Under the pieces are notes generated by a model that saw only the letters and a list, made by a program, of their open reading frames with translations, searched no databases and was not told the DNA's origin. A DNA stretch of 21,498 bases from assembly GCA_043798915.1 (NCBI GenBank), contig JAZDOG010000039.1, forward strand, positions 1-21,498. Reading direction: 5' to 3'. Positions 20,153 to 21,498 of the stretch are shown in pieces; positions within the stretch are counted from its first letter, which is position 1; each line of letters opens with the position of its first letter. The translations under genes were made by a program, and so were the position numbers. The DNA is from Pseudomonadota bacterium. GTDB lineage: Bacteria > UBA10199 > 2-02-FULL-44-16 > JAAZCA01.

Positions 20153-20779
20153 TTATCCTCCCTGTTTGATCTTCACACGCCTTCCTTCGATTGCAACTCT
20201 CTTTTCCGCGATCAGCTGTATCGCCTGCGGATAGATGCGATGCTCTTCCTTGAGGATCCGCTCCTTGAGCGCCTCGACCGTGTCGCCTTCCCTCACCTCG
20301 ACCGCTGCCTGCATGATTATCGGCCCGTGGTCGATCTTTTCGTCCACGAAGTGCACGGTGCAGCCTGAGAGCTTCGCGCCATACTCGAATGCCTGTCTTT
20401 GAGCGTCAAGCCCGCCGAAGGAGGGGAGGAGCGCCGGATGGATGTTTATGATGCTTCCTGGAAACTCCTTCAGAAGCCTTCCCCCGAGAATCCTCATGAA
20501 GCCGGCGAGGCATACGAGCTCCACGCCATGCCCTTTGAACTCTGCCGCGATCGCCTCTTCAAACGCATCCCGCGATTCAAACCGGCTGCGCTCTATCACC
20601 GCAGAGGCGATTTTGTGTCGGCGTGCTCGCTCGAGCGCCGGAGCGCCGGCTTGATCGCTCACAACTGCGGAGACCTCAGCATCGATGCGGCCGGTCTCCG
20701 CGGCGTCGATTATCGCCTGGAGGTTAGTTCCGTTTCCGGAGACGAGCACCCCGAGCCGTATTTTGTGATGAGCCCCCAC
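20153..20779 (-). CDS. purN: Phosphoribosylglycinamide formyltransferase
   Basis: LGVLVSGNGTNLQAIID, LAGFMRIL, NIHPALLPSF, GCTVHFVD..DHGPII, EEHRIYP. Start uncertain (GTG 20779). Confidence 0.96.
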   Translation of the reverse strand: MGAHHKIRLGVLVSGNGTNLQAIIDAAETGRIDAEVSAVVSDQAGAPALERARRHKIASAVIERSRFESRDAFEEAIAAEFKGHGVELVCLAGFMRILGGRLLKEFPGSIINIHPALLPSFGGLDAQRQAFEYGAKLSGCTVHFVDEKIDHGPIIMQAAVEVREGDTVEALKERILKEEHRIYPQAIQLIAEKRVAIEGRRVKIKQGG

Positions 20780-20924
20780 AGTGTGTTCGAATAATACCGA
20801 AATGATTTCGCAAAGCAAGCGGCAGAATTGCCACAGTGGAAGAGTGGCTTTGCATCACGACTATTCACGGTTGCAAGAGACCCTGTGCTGTGTTAAAAAA
20901 CCGGTCGATATGTAAGGCACTGGT

Positions 20925-21278
20925 ATGGTTTACAAAAGAACTCAACTTAAAAGGATAGTCGCCGATCTCGTAAGACAGCTTGAGCGGCGCGCAAATCTGC
21001 CGGTCGATGAGGTCATTCTTTTCGGCTCATATGCCTGGGGAAAACCCGCATCCGGCAGCGACATAGACCTTGCGGTCATATCGTCAAAATTCCGGGGTAT
21101 CAGCGACATAAAAAGGATCGAGGTCCTTTCGGATATAGCAAGATATGTGTACCCCGATTGGGACATTGAAATAGATGTGGTCGGCTTTACACACGATGAA
21201 TTGGCCAAGGCCGGTTATTTCGATCTGGCCGCGGTGATCAAAGAAAAAGGGAAGCTCATCTACAAGAAGGCCGCCTGA
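20925..21278 (+). CDS. Minimal nucleotidyltransferase (MNT, Pol-beta superfamily), MntA-antitoxin-like
   Basis: 117 aa; ILFGSYAWG..SDIDLAVIS (GS plus DxD), a later IDVV acidic residue and a C-terminal IKEKGKLIY. Confidence 0.88.
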   Translation: MVYKRTQLKRIVADLVRQLERRANLPVDEVILFGSYAWGKPASGSDIDLAVISSKFRGISDIKRIEVLSDIARYVYPDWDIEIDVVGFTHDELAKAGYFDLAAVIKEKGKLIYKKAA

Positions 21279-21368
21279 ACCCGCATTTTGACCCCCACCC
21301 AATTTCAGCCTTGTAACCATCTGTAAAATAAGCTTAATTTGGCATGTGAGAAAAATCAAAAAAAGTAC

Positions 21369-21395
21369 GCAACAAAACCGGCGATGTGCCGATAA
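21369..21395 (+). promoter_or_regulatory. Possible sigma28 (FliA)-type promoter for the next gene (probable ATG at 21491)
   Basis: Exact GCCGATAA at 21388-21395; the -35 position reads GCAA (consensus TAAA), a weak match; GGAGG SD at 21480-21484. Confidence 0.3.
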
Positions 21396-21498
21396 TAGAA
21401 ATGGCAACGGCAGGAGGGGTGCATTGTTAAATCTGCCGCGCTAAGGGGCAAGTTCAAAACGATGCTGCTTTTGGCAGCGGGAGGCATGATATGATAGG

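Overview
GC-rich bacterial chromosomal window. The Pkn-type kinase, FHA-GGDEF cyclase, split GcvP and SctU suggest a deltaproteobacterial-type host such as Myxococcota or Bdellovibrionota (inference). Left to right: a HAMP sensor histidine kinase running off the left edge, coupled to a lipoprotein solute-binding protein with no ABC permease in view; a 59-codon ORF, missed by the ORF track, that looks like a macrodomain N-terminus fused to a histidine kinase C-terminus; a secreted FG-GAP/VCBS-like protein; and tRNA-Met(CAT) followed by hairpins and a 166-bp MITE/REPIN-like element. Then an AT-richer hypothetical gene behind RNase D and a DEAD-box helicase; a cupin; folD-gcvT-gcvH-gcvPA-gcvPB; and a co-directional run of a PEGA Ser/Thr kinase, an FHA-GGDEF cyclase and a secreted tandem Tudor-like protein. 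The right end holds a divergent lone sctU/flhB homologue (NPTE motif), a small outer-membrane beta-barrel, purN and a lone minimal nucleotidyltransferase. The most interesting candidate system is the kinase plus DgcB-like cyclase, a possible phospho-switched c-di-GMP module next to a T3SS export switch gene.
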